Positions 42,385 through 57,480 of a stretch of 64,000 nt of DNA are shown piece by piece; the stretch's first letter is position 1; each line of letters starts with the position of its first letter. Position numbers and translations under genes: made by a program. The notes beneath the pieces are model-generated. The model was given only the letters and a program-made list of their open reading frames with translations. It did no database searches and was not told the origin of the DNA. This DNA comes from the human T2T-CHM13v2.0 reference genome, Homo sapiens. The DNA lies in NCBI RefSeq assembly GCF_009914755.1, contig NC_060929.1. One strand, 5' to 3'.

Positions 42385-43529
42385 TTTTAGCAATGAACTT
42401 ATTTTGTTCATCAATCTTGCAGTCAGACATGCTCAATCAAATTGTATTTAACCCATTGCCTATGCTTTCAATTTTCTAATGTAGTTCTTTGTCCAGATTT
42501 TTTATTTCTATTGATGCTTAATGGGCGTACAAATTTCTAGTTTGTTAAATTAAGAAACATTCTATGATTCAAAATTGATTAGTATAATATATAAATATTG
42601 TAAAGTTAAGGTATGTTTTTTAAAATTATAAAATTTCTTTCTTTGTCCTCTCTCCCTTTTCCTACTCTTCTTCTCACTCAATTTGTTCTCACATCGAAAA
42701 TACTTCTTTGGGACAGAAACATCTCACACTACTTAGCATGCAGTATTGAACTAGCAACAGATAACTATTTGTTGAAGTGGCTGACCAAGTAAAACTTTTT
42801 TTTTTAACCAATTTTTCTCCTGGTGTATTTTTACAGGTTTTCTTCATAAATTTCAGAGCCTACTCTATGACTTATAACAGAATCCATACCTACAGACACA
42901 CATTCATGGAGTATTGTCTTATATATTAAACCTATGTGAATCTACACTTAAATACTCGTTTCACAAACAAAACATGCTTATAAATTAAATTCTACAGTTT
43001 ACTGTCTTCCAAGTTCCCTTAATGGGTGAGTGAGGCATAGGCGTTAGGAATCTGCTGCCCCTTAGTCTCAGTTCTGAAAATCATCTGTCAGTGTAAACTC
43101 ACAGTGCTACATGTAATTCTGTTGAAAGACACACAAATGTCAACCAATTTTATATGGTTCTCAATCAAAGAAATAATGACCTATTTCTAATGGAGGAAAT
43201 GTTGTTGTTCCGTAATTAATAAAAGTGGCTGGGAGTGTGTTTTAAATCAGGCATTTTCCTAAAGTATTTCCAAGAGCCTTTGACTCTTCATTGTGGAACC
43301 AAACTCATTATAAAGCAAAACTTTATTGGGTATGTTTTCTCTCTTTACTGTGTATGTATATACCTACAACATGTGGGTATACATACACATGTGTAAAAAT
43401 AAATCATGAAACACATATGTGTGGTAGTATATATGTGTATGATATATATATATAATCATATTGATATTAGGTGATGTTCAATAATTTCATTGCACAAACT
43501 GCATGTGATAAAAATTTCAAAAATTCTTC

Positions 43530-43825
43530 AATCACATTCATTCATTCTTGGTGTTGTGCACTACATGGGTTTGTACAAAGGTACAATGACATGTACCCAC
43601 TATTATAGTGTCACACAAAATAGTTTCACTGCCTTAAAATCCTGTGTGCTTGCCTATTCATCTCTGCCTCTCCCCAACCCCTGGCAATCACTCATCATTC
43701 TATTGTCTCCATAGTTTTGCCTTTTCTAGAATGTCATACAGTTGAAATTGTACTGTATGTAATTTTTCCAGGTTGGCTTTTTTCACTGTGTAATATACAT
43801 TTGTTTCCTTCATGTCTTTTCCTAA
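43530..43825 (-). mobile_element. L1MC 3' UTR fragment
   Basis: 'atagtttcactgccttaaaatcctgtgtgct...ctcccaacccctggcaatcact'. Confidence 0.8.
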
Positions 43826-44309
43826 TTATATTTTCACCTGTTATTTCTCTTTCCTTGTTAGAAGTTATTGTAAAACAGTAATAGTAAGGTAGAAAAATGA
43901 TACTGTGGTTTTAAGGTGAGTTTAAATTATACCACAATTATTTGTTAATTGACTACTTAATCAAAAGGATACATGACTTATCTAAAATGTCTTTCATTGA
44001 GTTAAATATTAGGTTCTGACTGGAATCTATAAGGCTTGGAATTGAACTCAGGCTCTCCTATATTGTATGTGGGTTTTTTCACAACTAGCCAAACATTATT
44101 TCTGTGTACAAATTAGAGTAACTATTCATACGCTGCAAGGATGTTATGATTAAATGAAACATGGATATCAAATGTTTGAACTTCTCATGCTAAGCCTGTC
44201 ACAGAATAGTTTTAACACAAATTTCTGCATGACTAAATGAAAGTAAATGAATACATGAATTAACTGAATAAATGAACAGAGACCATTATTAAAGCAAAGT
44301 AGATTTGTA

Positions 44310-46540
44310 TTTTTAATTTTAAAAAATTGTATTTTAATTTTAAATTTTGAAACAATTTCAAATTACAGAAATGTTTTAAATATTGTAGAAGAATGTTTGT
44401 TTTTATAACCACTAGAAAGTAACTACTGATCTAATGCCCGATGTCTTAGAATATACGTATGCAGGCACAATATAACAACCCAAATCAGGGAAATTTACAT
44501 TGATTCATTACTATAATCCAATCCATAGACCCCATTCAAGTTTCACCAATAGTTTTAATAAAAATCTCTTAATTCAAAATGATCCAGTTTAGAATCAAGC
44601 ATTGCATTTAGTTGTAATGTGTCTTTAGTTTCCTCAGTCTGAAAGGGTTTCTTAGCATTTCTTTGACTTTCATATTTTTCACATTTTAAAATATTACAGG
44701 CTAGTTTGTTGTTCATTTGTTGTTTGTTCTTCCTTAGAATGTCTTCCAATTTTGTTCTTTCTGATATTTTCTCATGATTAGATTCATTTTATGCACCTTT
44801 GGCAGAAATACCACAAAAGTGACACTTTGTTTTCACCAGTCCAACCTATCAGGTGATGCATAATTTTGATTTGTCCTACTAATGAAAATAATAGTACTTG
44901 ATTTTTAATTAAACGTGTATCTGCCTGACTCCTCCATTTAAAAGAGTCTCTTTTCTACTTTCAAAACAATATGAATTTTATGGAAGATACTTTAAAACTA
45001 TATAGATACCTCTTCCGTTTTAAAGCTTTAAATTGATATACTTTCATGTATTTGTTAGCTTATATCTATATAGATTATGGTTTCTTATTTTGTTAGCCAA
45101 TTTATAATCTAGTGCTAACACTTTGTTTTGTTTGCTTTTAATGCTACTCATATGGTTGCTGGCCTGAGAAGTGGGAGCCTCTTGAAGCTGGTTTCTGTAT
45201 TCTTTTAGCACGTCTCCACCTTACTTTCAGCTTTTCTTAGTTTCCGGCCCAGCAGTAAGTTCCAGGTTTATTCTGTACTTTTCCTGCCCCAGCACTGGAA
45301 TTCACTGAATCTCCAAGGAACCCTAGTTTCTGTTAGAGAAGACTGTGTTCAGAAGCCACAATTTATATACTACATATGCTTATTGCCATTGGGGTGTTGC
45401 TACTCCCAGGCCCTCTCAGTAGACAGAGCTACAGAAAATATTTTATATATATAGTATTATCTTATATATATTGATATACACTGTATTATATTTTTATCTA
45501 TAAGTATTATGTAGTATAAATTCACAATAATATTTCTTTATTATTTATTTATTTATTTATTTATTTTTTGGTATAGTGTCTCACTCTTTGGCCCAGGCTG
45601 GAGTGCAGCAGCACAATCATAGCTCATGGCAGCCTTGAACTCCTGAGTTCAAGCAATCCTCCTGCCTCAGTCTCCAGAATAGCTGGGATTGTGGGCATGA
45701 GCCACCATACCTGGCTCACAATGACACTTCTAATTCCAATTCAACACCTCAGCATGCATTCCAGTTTTTCCTTTCCATTCCTTCTTTGATAGTGAGAATC
45801 CTAGCTCCCATTACACTTTATATATATTTAGTCAATTGATTCCTCTGGGAGATTGAGAGTAACAAATCTCCCATCTCCATGACCACTCCTCCACCAGGTA
45901 GATGCCCTCTGAACCCCACTCTAACTAGATCCTCTTCATGGCTTCGGCTTCTATGGCACTGGGGCATGTTGCCTCATGGATGCCTTCCCCACTCCACTCA
46001 AGCTCCAGTCTCTCATAGTAGAGTGCTTGCCCACATGGATGTTCTCCTTGCCATATATGAGCTCCAAACCTCTACACCTGTCTGCTCCCATGCATAGATT
46101 CCTTCCTCACCCTGCTGCAACTCTGATAACCCATGCTGGGCTGACTCTTTTACAGATGCCATCCTTACCTTGATTGAGCTTTTACTCCATACATAAGGTG
46201 CCTTCATGGACACCTTTCTCATCCTACTTGGACGCCAAACCCTGCAGCAGGATGATGCATTTCCTCCACATCCTGCTTGAGATCCAACCCCCTGCACAGG
46301 ACCACCCCAATGTATGCATACCCACCTCAGCTTGCTCTAGCCCTGACTCCCCATACAAAACTGTCCAGCCACACCCATGTTTCTATGTAGATATCCTCAT
46401 CACCCTGCTTGGGCTTCAACACCCTACTCTGGACCCAGAGATTTCCCATCCCCAATGCAGATATACACTGCTCTGCTTCACTTAATGGTTTGACAAATCA
46501 ATTATTTAGGAAGGGAAAGGGAGAGGAAGAAAAGCAAGAG
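44310..46540 (-). mobile_element. L1MC4/L1MD-like long 3' region, including its degenerate C-rich repeat
   Basis: 'ttttgaaacaatttcaaattacagaa', 'ttgcatttagttgtaatgtgtctttag', 'tctccaaggaaccctagtttc'. Confidence 0.7.
45538..45716 (-). mobile_element. FRAM / Alu right monomer
   Basis: Single monomer with (TTTA)n tail; TSD cacaataatatttct/cacaatgacacttct. Confidence 0.85.
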
Positions 46541-46989
46541 GCAGAGGCAGAGTCCTTGTGAAGTCTTAAAGCATCTCATTGATTTGCTTGGTTAAGATAC
46601 AACAGAAAATAGAAAGAAAAAATATGAAATACTCTTAAATATGTTTACCAAAGAAAAGTAGTACCTGAAATATAAGCTCATAAATGTCAAGATTTATATA
46701 TATTTTTAATCTCAGTATCTAGCAGATAGGCTGGCATGTGACAAATATTTATCTTTAATGAGTTTAAACTTGAACATAGGGAAGAGTTCATAGTTACATT
46801 TTAAATTCCATTTTAAATTTTTCTATGAGTTTAAACAAATTTCCCCCATTATTTTTATTATTTAAAATATGTTAAATAAAATATAATTGAGTTCGAAAGA
46901 ACTTTGAATTTTTAGTTATGTCTTCTTGCTTTTGCGTAATTAATTTTTCTCTATCTATTGCATAATTCCCACAGATATGAAAATAGACT

Positions 46990-47620
46990 GTGGCCTCAAC
47001 CTTCCCCTTGCCCCACATCTCCGTGTCCATTCATCCCTTTCCATCCTTGTGCCACTAACTTATTCTGAACCATTGTCATCTATCACCTGGAAAATATATA
47101 GATTCTTCACAGAGGGAAGGGGGCATATTCGTTCTTCACTGGTCTTTCTGCTTCTACTGTTTCCTCCTCCAGTCTTCTCTCCGAGTAGCAGTGTGAGTCT
47201 TAATCTCAGTTTCTTCCTCAGTTTTATTTCATGCCGCTTGTTCACTACCTCAGACAACTGACCTCATAATAATTCCTTTAACACACTAAACTGTTTTTGT
47301 GTGATGCTTTTTTACTGATCCTCTTCAGGCTTGGAATGCTTGTCCACATTTCTTTAAATTTTTTCTTTTTCTTCCATATTTAGTTCTAAGCTTTAATATT
47401 ACTTCTTTCTAGAGGCTATGACATTTATCCAGATTGTTATGCTTACATCTTTCACTTTTCATAGACTATACCTTACTTTTTCTTTTTCTTTTTAAAAATC
47501 ACCTCTCAATCTTATAGGAAATAGACTCTATCATGGTAAGGACCATGTCTATCTTGTTCCTCATTATATTCTAAGTAGACAAGTTAGCTGTTCAATAAAC
47601 ATCTGCTGAATACATGAATA
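46990..47620 (+). mobile_element. L2 fragment with 3' end
   Basis: 'gtaaggaccatgtctatcttgttc...tcaataaacatctgctgaatacatgaat'. Confidence 0.55.
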
Positions 47621-48215
47621 ATAATCCTAACACATTCCCCCTAATAAAATGAGGATAGATAAGGCAGTTTTAAATATTTGTGCTTTATGGAAATAAACGT
47701 TGAAAATATTGTCATTAGCCTTTCCAAACATGCCTTCAATGAAAATTTTAAAAATCATGTGTGTGGTTTGGTTTCTTAAAAAAAAAGGGGGTGTTATCGT
47801 ACAATATCTATACTGACATTTATTTGGGTCATATTGAATTTCAACTTATCAGAAACTTATGTAAATTAAACATCTCCATTTAGCATAAAACATGCCTGCA
47901 AATACAACATAGTTGTATTTCCAAGCTTAGCTAAATATTTTTGCTTTCCATTAACTTACAAATATGTACAAACCAAGCCCAGAACTCAAGAAAACCACTG
48001 ACACATCAGCATGTCAATCCTTACTCTTTGCCAGCTTAATAGATGCACAAGATTTTGAATATTAACATCATATGTATGTGGGTGAAATGAGAGAAGGAAG
48101 CAAACTGAATGCTCACATACCCAATTATTGTTTGATTGTGTTTGCCTTTGATATATTTATGATCAACAGCAATTGATGAGATCCCAATGATGTCAAAAAG
48201 CAATTTATTCTGAAA

Positions 48216-48406
48216 CAGGGGTTGGTAAACTACGGCCTGTGGCATGTTTCTTTTCAGCCCTCTAGATAAGAGTTGTTTTCACATTTTTAAAACATTACAT
48301 ATGCACACACCTGAAAAAATATATATGTAAGAAAAACTATATGCTATCTGAAAGCCCAGAATATTTACTTTCTGGCTCTTTGTAGGAAAAAAAAAGCCAT
48401 CCTATG
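48216..48406. mobile_element. MER58B-like MITE
   Basis: 'caggggttggtaaactacggcctgtgg...aatatttactttctggctctttgtag'. Confidence 0.8.
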
Positions 48407-48779
48407 TTTAAAGCATAAATGAAGAAAAATGTAGGAAAAAATAGAACATATTAATCTAATGTAAATAAGAAGACACATTTAGGAATGTGATACTCATAAT
48501 TGAATGTTTAGATTTTCAGTTCCTTTTGAATGTGATATTTAGTCATTATTTTCCTGAGATCCCTCTATGGAAAAACTTATGTCACAATCTGCCAGCTGTA
48601 AGTTGCTGATCCTGTTTCTCTTGCTATAAACTTTTACATACCTACTTCTCTCTTCAGCTGCAGGCTAAGGTTTATTTGTAAGTTCTAGACATTAACAAGT
48701 AAGAGGAGCCAGGTATTATTCAAGAACTACTTTGGTGCATATATCTGCCATTCTTGTCTCCTTCCATTCCATAACTTCT

Positions 48780-49069
<290 letters not shown>

Positions 49070-49190
49070 CCATTCCATATCTTCTATAAACTTTTTTTTC
49101 TGAATATATTGTTATGTTCCAGGAACTGCAGTTTATAACAATTTATTTAAAAATTGTTCAATGTAAGAATATCACAATTTTGTAGGGAGG

Positions 49191-49503
49191 AGTATTAGTC
49201 TATTTTCACACTGCTATAAAGAAATATCTGAGACTGAGTAATTTGTGAAGAAACTTACAATCATGGTGGAAGGCAAAGGGGAAGCAAGGACCTTCTTCAT
49301 ATGACGGCAGGAAAAAGAGAGAGTAAAGAAGGAAGTGCTACTTTTAAACCATCAGATCTCGTGAGAATTCACTAATTATCAGAAGAAGAGCATGGGGGAA
49401 CTGCCCCATTATCCAACCATCTCCTACCAAGTCCCTCGCTCCACACGTGGGGATTACAATTCCAGATGAGACTTGGATGGAGACACAGAGCCAAACCATA
49501 TCA
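49191..49503 (-). mobile_element. THE1D/MSTA-like solo LTR with internal deletion
   Basis: 'gtattagtctattttcacactgctataaag...cacagagccaaaccatatca'; perfect TSD ggagg. Confidence 0.9.
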
Positions 49504-51139
49504 GGAGGCCAATACAAAATAATAATTTCCATATATTCTTTAATACAGCTTTTCTTGTGTCAAACTAGTACTCACATATTTTAGTATCTTTCTGCTCTTC
49601 TCTGAATGTTTCTTGATAGTGTCCATTTCCTGTATTCCTTGCCATCCTTCTGCCTCATTGTCTTTTATTGACTTTTGATCTTAGATTAATTTCCGTACCT
49701 GACTGCTAAATTATATTCTTACTTTAAGCACCCCTATGGATATCTTGCTTGAATTTGGCTGACTTTCTCCAAGTCTTATAGTTATTCTCAGATTTAACCC
49801 CTTTTTTCTTGTTTGGATTTTAAAGTGATTATGATTCACTGCTCCCTATGATGTTAGAGACAAAGTTATTTTATTTTATTCTCTCTTTTTTTCACAAAAC
49901 ATCTGTCTAGAAATCGAGTGTTATAATTATCTATAGAGAGCATTCATTTTAACTCCTGGGGTTTCTTTTTCTCTCAGGAAACATTTTACATATTGTCTGT
50001 TTCATGAAAATAGTTTTTCTCTTTTAAAAACTGCTCAGCCTGACTGCTGAACACAGCTTAAAAGCCACCAGGAGGATTGTGGACTGAGTGGGTGATTGAT
50101 TGTTAAGGTCTTATTGATTTTACAAGTTAAACAATGACTGAGTGTTTTTTTCCCCCCTTCTAAGGAAGTCTGTATTCTATTTTTCTGGACATAAACTGTA
50201 CCATAGGAAAGTAATAAAATGGGAGTTTCTAGAGTAGTTCCCTCTACTAGGAGCTTTAAGCAGTCTTTGGGGGAATTATGCTCCAGGGAGGTTTTAGAGT
50301 GTAGTATTTAGACTGGCTGTCTAGACAGTAGGAAATGAAAATCTGGCAGCCAAATTCATGTCAAGATAAATTCTTACCAGATATAAAGGAATTTTTATAA
50401 AGCTATGCCTTTTATATCTTTTACTTATCTTTTAAGTTACTGTTTCTATGGAGGAATTGCTTTTACATTTTAAATGCAAGGGAATTAGACCTATATGTAT
50501 TCTGAGAAACAAATTTTGAAAAATAAATTCTATCAGTGAATTATCATGATTTTGGCAGGTGAATTCTGAGGATATAAATATTTTTAATAGTGTGAAACAT
50601 ATATTTTTGGAGTAATAGAATTTTAGTTTTATTTACCAAACAACGTATTGACTTTCCTTTCTTTCCTTTTCTATTTTTGTTTTTTTGTATAACAAATAAT
50701 TTATGCGCCATTTGTTCAAGAATCTCCTGGAGTTTATGTGTGGTCCAAGAGACTCCGGATGCTCCTGGAGTTTATTTTTCCTATCCTTTAAAAAAAAATT
50801 ATAGTTAAAATTGTGAAATTACTGTATCATTGACACAATAATTTTCAAGTTGTTGACTACAACAAATTAAGCTTTTTACTCTCTAGGTAACAATGTTTTT
50901 ATACAAATATAAATTTTTATATAAATAAAACTTTTCAGACTATAAAACCATTGAAGCCACATCACCCAATAGATCATCTTTCAGTTTTATATATTCATCA
51001 TAGAAATCATGGATTAATGACCAACTCTTCAGATTTCTATGTAATTAACTTGATTTTCTTTAGAAGATTTAAAAGTAGAACTCATTTAGGCAGAGATCTT
51101 TTTAAGGTCTGAAATTTGATTTGAAATAACTACAGAAGA

Positions 51140-51423
51140 TTTTTGGCATAAATCTAAGGGTTACAAGTGCAATTTTGTTACATGGATATATTGCATAGTG
51201 GTTAAGGCTGGGCTATTAACGTATCCATCACTCAAATAATGTACATTGTACCCAGTAAGTAATTTCTCATCCCTATCCTACCACCCACCCTTCCCAGTCT
51301 TCAATGTCTATTATCCCACATTCTAGGCCAGGTGTACACATTATTTAGCTCCAACTTACAAGTGAGAACATGCAACATCTGACTTTCTGTTTCTGAATTA
51401 TTTCATTTACCATTGTGTATGAG

Positions 51424-51467
<44 letters not shown>

Positions 51468-52245
51468 GTATGTATACGCACACACACCACATGTATCTAT
51501 GTATCTATCTATCATCTATCTTATTACACATTTTTAATCCAATTATACTTTGATAGACACTTAGGTTAATTCCATATCTTTGCTATTGTGAATAGTGCTG
51601 CAGTAAACATGAGTGCGGCTATATTTTTAATATAGTGATTTCTTTTCCTTTGGGTAGGTACCCAATAGTGAGATTGCTGGATTGAACTAACATAGAGATT
51701 GCTCTATGTTTAGTTCTTTGACAAATCTTCATACTGTTTTCCATAGAGGCTGTATTAATTTACATTCCCACCAATGATGTATAAGCATTTCCTTTTCTCT
51801 GCACGCTTGCCAACATCTGTTTTTTTTTTTTGTCTTTTTCATAATGGTGTAAAATGATATCTAATTGTGGTTTTAATTCACATTTCTTTGATAACTAGTG
51901 ATGTTGAGCATTGCTTTCCTACGCTTAGTGGCCATTTGTATGTCTTTTTTTAAAGAAAGTCTGTTAATATTATTTGTCCACTTTATAATGGGTTATCTGC
52001 TTTTGTTGCTGCTGTTGAATTGTTTGAGATCCTTGTAAACCCTAGATATCAGTCCCCTCTAGAACCATAGGGTACAAATATTTTTCCCTATCTTGTAGAT
52101 TGTCTGTCACTCTGTTGGTAAAGTCTTTTGCTATGCAGAAGATTTTTAGTTTAATTAACTCTCATTCATCTATTTTCGTTTTTTGTTGCTTGTGCTTTTG
52201 AAGTCTTAGTCATAAATTCTTTGCCTAGATCAATGTACAGAAGAC
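51140..52245 (-). mobile_element. L1PB 3' 1.1 kb, with (TA)/(CA)/(TCTA) microsatellite at 51424-51520
   Basis: 'ggttacaagtgcaattttgttacatggatatattgcatagtgg'; flanking repeat tacagaaga. Confidence 0.9.
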
Positions 52246-52754
52246 TGATTGAGTAATGATATTGTGATCCATTTAATTAAAAGTTGTCATTATTCTAGTC
52301 CAAAATCTCAAAACTGAATTAGGAATTATGATATAATTATATACATGTAATCTTATTACATAAAAATGCTCTGAAAATTATAGAAGGTTTAATAACATTT
52401 TCAGTGACCATTCGTTTTTGGAACATTCCTCTAAAATAGCTAATATGCTTCATTCCATTTTTTAGAGATGGAGAAAATAGTGTTTGATTGTGATTCCAAC
52501 TTTTTTTTCCTCTGACAATTTTTTACTGTAATTCAGCTGAAAGATAGGACACCATCCAATTAGCAGCAATGTAGCCCTTCTGGCAAAGATTTTTGGAGGG
52601 CTATGAAAACTAGTGCCTGGAAGAATCTGAGTCTGTGGTGTATAATTATAATTGAAAAAACTCTCCAAATCATTGAGATTTCCATCCACATGTCTCAAAT
52701 TGAATAGCAGTAAATTTACTACAGTTTTATGGACTATCATTCATTAATTATGGT

Positions 52755-53042
52755 GGGTTTTTTTTTCTTTCTTCTTCTTTTTTTTTTTTTTTTGAAAAAG
52801 TCTTGCTCTGTCACTCAGACTGGCGTGATCTTGGCTCACTACAACCCCCGTCTCCCAGGTTCAAGCAATTCTCCTACCTCATCCTCCAAGTAGCTGGGAC
52901 TACAGGCATGTGCCACCACACCTGACTACTTTCTGTATTTTTAGTAGAGATGGGGTTTCGCCATGTTGGCAAGGCTGGTCTCAAACTCCTGGCCTCAAGC
53001 AATCTGCCCACCTCAGCCTCTCAAACTGCTGAGATGACAGCA
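52755..53042 (-). mobile_element. AluJb-like, missing about 20 bp of its 5' end
   Basis: 'ctcctggcctcaagcaatctgcc' J diagnostic, T-tail. Confidence 0.9.
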
Positions 53043-53234
53043 TCTTTCTTTATGGTGCTTTCTTTAAGCAGAAGCAGTTACTATTTACCTGTCCCTATTG
53101 TAAGCATAGTGGATCATTTAGTTAAAATTAAAGAGATGTTTCAAAGGGTATATTACATCATCTAATAAAGTCTTATGTAAAAGTTAAAGCAAGAAGAAAA
53201 TCCTACATTGAAAACATCTAATGGATTTTATTTT

Positions 53235-54350
53235 TTGTCAGAAATATTTAATATTAAGTGTCAACTATGCCAGAAACAGATAAAATAAAAACTATATAGG
53301 TATAGTTTTTGCCTTTAGGAAGCTCAAATTATAGTAAAAAATTACATGTACACAAATAAACATATTTCAATGTGATCGGCTTGATACTTTTTATATAGTA
53401 AATATGGTAGGAAACACAGACAACAATTTTTCATTTCAAGCTGTCTATGGATTATGGTGTGGCAGAGAAACAAAAGAGACAAAAAAAGCTTCAAATAGGA
53501 AGGAAAATGGTGAATGATTTTAAGTTTTTAACTGTTGGAGTTGTATACTCAATTAACTTGATTGTTTGGAGTGAAAGTGTGAATCACTTTCATCATATGA
53601 TTGAGACGGCTATTTCTGATTTTTATTAAACATTATGAATTCATGCATTAAAAATATTTGTGGCATTGTTGAAGATAAGAAGTAAACCAGAGACCATGCA
53701 AGAATACTGAAGAGAGGAAGATTTTTTCTGAACAATGAAAAATTTGAACATTGGTTGATGTGTGGTCTCTTAGGATATTTCAGATGAGTTAGTCCAGTGA
53801 TGGTGGAATGGGCATATTAGGACTTAGAAGAGTCATCGGCATAAATGTGGTTGAGTTAAAACTCTGAGCTGGGTGTGGTTATGGAGCAAAGACCACAGGA
53901 CGGGGACCTACTCTGGGCTCCCAGTGTGAACACAGCAAACACAAAGGACACTGGCACTGTCTATCCAGAAAAGGAGGAAAAATCTGGGATGCTCTGGACT
54001 TAAGAGAATTTTGATAATAGTCAAAGTATGTACAAAATATAAAATTCAGAAAATATTTGTCAGATTTGATAATATTGAGGTCTGTGACGACCATGGCTAG
54101 AAGAGCAACTCAGGAAAGGTGAAGGTGCCAGATTATAGTGGGTTTTCAACCAAATGAAGAGAGATTAAAGGAGATAAATGTGGAATGTGGATTATCATTT
54201 CAAGAAACCTAGAAGAAAATGCACAGAGTACAAGCAAAATAGAGTTAGGCAGACAAACATAGCCAGAAGACCCAGAGTGGGAGAGACACGAGCTCTGCGC
54301 ATGCTGGGGAAAGAACCAGTAGCAAGGGAAAGATTAAAGAAGCAGAGAGA
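53235..54350 (-). mobile_element. L2 fragments
   Basis: 'aaatatttaatattaagtgtcaactatgccag', 'gggaaagaaccagtagcaagggaaagattaaaga'. Confidence 0.6.
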
Positions 54351-54999
54351 GGATTCTACTCCTTGTCAGATGAGTTATATGCTGGATGGTGTATCTTGGT
54401 TGCTTTATTTATTATATTTAGTAACTTAAAGAAAACATAACCTTTTCCAAATCTTTTCTCAATGTTTTATTTTTAGTACTGTAGAGGGTTGGTGTTAGGA
54501 CTTATCCTTTCTTTCCCAGAATAGAATGCCCTCAGGTAGGATATGAAAAGAAGACAAAGACAAGTGATCTGTTGTCCCATACCTGGGGAGTGTTTGCTGT
54601 TGTGTTTGACACCTAGGAATGCAGATGAGGAGGAGAGACACTGTTCCTCTGCTTTGTGAGGATATGCCCTCACCTGGTGACTAGAGACAGGTACTCTCTC
54701 TTCCTCAGCTTCTGCTGAGAGAAGAGACTCTAACTCAGCAAGATGCTTAATGTATGTCTTGATGTTTTTAGGTGAACAGTTGAGTCAACATCCCAAAGCC
54801 ACACAAAGAATTACAAGTTGGGACAAAAATAATTAGCTCATCTCCATGTGCTTCAGAAAGAGTCAGAGGTGGTGGAAGGAACACCAAGAGTTTATGCCTT
54901 TGGAAAGTGTGACCAATTATGTCCCTCACAACCACACACTATTTCTTCCAGTTTCCCTTATATCCTTCTTATGCTCATCTTTCAAGCATCAAAAATCTC

Positions 55000-55530
55000 T
55001 TTTCTTTGCAGCGACATGTATGAACTTGGAGGACATTGTGTGAAATAACCCCAGCACAGAAAGACAAATACCACATGATCTCACTTATGTGTGGAATCTA
55101 AAAATGTTGAACCCCTAGAAGCGGAGGGTAAAATGGTGTTATCTGAAACTGAGCCAGGGGCAGTCGGGGTTGGGGAGATGTTCGGGGTTGGGGAGATATT
55201 CAGGGTTGGGGAGATGTTGGCCAAAGGATATAAAATTTTAGTTAGATAGGACAAATAAATTTAGAGTTCTATTGTACAACATGAGGACTACAGTTAATAA
55301 CAATATATTTATTATTGCAATTTGCTAAGAAAGTAGATGTTAAGTGTTCTCACCAGAGGAAATGACAAGTATGTGAGGTAATACGTAAGTTAATTAGCTC
55401 AATGTAGACATCCCACGATGTATACATATTTCAAAACAGTATGTTGTATATGATGAATACATACACTACTTAGTCAATTAAAACACAATTTTTAAAACAG
55501 AATAAAAATGCTAAAATAAAAACAAAAACT
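55000..55530 (+). mobile_element. L1MA (MA4-6-like) 3' end
   Basis: 'cagaaagacaaataccacatgatctcactta..tggaatctaaaaa...gtgttctcacca...gtatgtgaggtaat'. Confidence 0.9.
55164..55217 (+). repeat. 18-bp x3 G-rich tandem repeat
   Basis: tcggggttggggagatgt / tcggggttggggagatat / tcagggttggggagatgt. Confidence 0.92.
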
Positions 55531-56980
55531 CCCTCCTCAGGAAACTCTACCCCTCCCTATTTCCTGAGGGAATCTGAGACCCTTTCCTTTCTTGTGACCT
55601 GCAGAATTAGGCTTTCTTTAGCACAGGCTTTACTAAGGCTGTTCATAAGGTTTTCTTGGTGACAATTAGGAAAAAAGTAACTCTCACAAACACACACACA
55701 CAGGAAAGCTAGTATGCTATTGCAAAATGGGAACAGCAATATCTTACGGCTCTTTTGTGAGATCGACGAAGCTGGACTAAGGGGTTTACTTGGTAATATA
55801 TGTTGGAGGCTCTATCTCCAGGACCTTCTTTCCATCAGTATAATTTGCAACCACTTTCCTCTTAAGATATTTCCTCATTGCAGTTCTTATGGTTCTTTGC
55901 CCTACTTTTTCAAGATACAATAGTATTACTTGAAAAACACAAATGCTTTCTATATTTATATCTTTGATTCTGCTTATTGAAAAAAACCTCATTATTGTGT
56001 TAAGAACAATTTTTATTCATTCCTATGATTGCTTTTATTATAAAGTGCCACCACATAAGCACTGAATGGCTCTGTTTGAGCCATCTGAGATAAATGTGGT
56101 ATTTAAAACCAGATTCCTTTCTTTATAACAGGGAGAAGGGGTCATCAGTCCAACCCATTACAAGTAGATCTTTGTAATGTGCAGGTGTAAAACATAAAAC
56201 AGAGCAAAATGACCAGCTTTATGGGCAAAGGCCCAATGCCAAGATTCACTGCATGATCTCTAGACCCAAGATCGTTTTTCTGTGCCATTGGGACTCTTGT
56301 GGCTATTGCTACCAGGGGAATAAAGCACAAAAAGTTTTAATAAGCTGGAAACATTGTTAATCTGATTTTAATTAAGTGGAACAAAATATATGCATTACCT
56401 TCACTGATACAAATGTTAATTTTAAATCAGACTGGGGATTTTTCTGTACTGCTTGGCTACCATGAAGAGGAAGACAGAACTCCTCACTGGTGAGGTTAAT
56501 AATGGGGTGTAGCCATGGCGGAGGTGGTAAGGTCCTTCTGCTTAAGACCTATGTAACTGGATTTTGGAGAGTCTTCTAGATACCTACAATTGGCTATCAG
56601 GATCCACAAGTGAAAACAAGTCTTTCACTCTAAAGAGGTCATAGCAGTCAGAAACTGGGGTTAAAGACTTCTGTGCAGGTTCTTAAAGACAGTCGAAAGT
56701 TCCTCCTGGAGTTCAGCACTACTCCACCCGTTCTACTAGTTTACAGAAAGAACTTGAATTGCAGAGAAAAGGACTTGAGGAAAGCTTCTTGAGTCTTGTG
56801 GATTGACTCGAGGATTATTGCTAAAGTACTTTTTCCTCCAATCAAGAAGACGGGACTTGGTTTTCCCTTCTTTGAAGCCAAGTGAAAAAATAAAACGTTA
56901 GAAAAAATAGTTGTAAACATTTGGGGAGGGTCGATAAGAAGAGGAAATTAGGATGCAATTCCCCTTTAAAAATATGCTTA

Positions 56981-57480
<500 letters not shown>

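Noticed and set aside
45850-46490. Degenerate C-rich repeat ('ggatgcc.tcctcaccctg') with several ORFs
   Set aside because: Consistent with the repetitive segment of L1MC4-type 3' regions and continuous with flanking L1M sequence
56511-56550. Kozak GCCATGGCGGAGGTG followed by GTAAG, resembling an RPL13A start or a first exon
   Set aside because: Similarity ends after about 30 nt, there is no CpG island, and it probably lies in an old LTR
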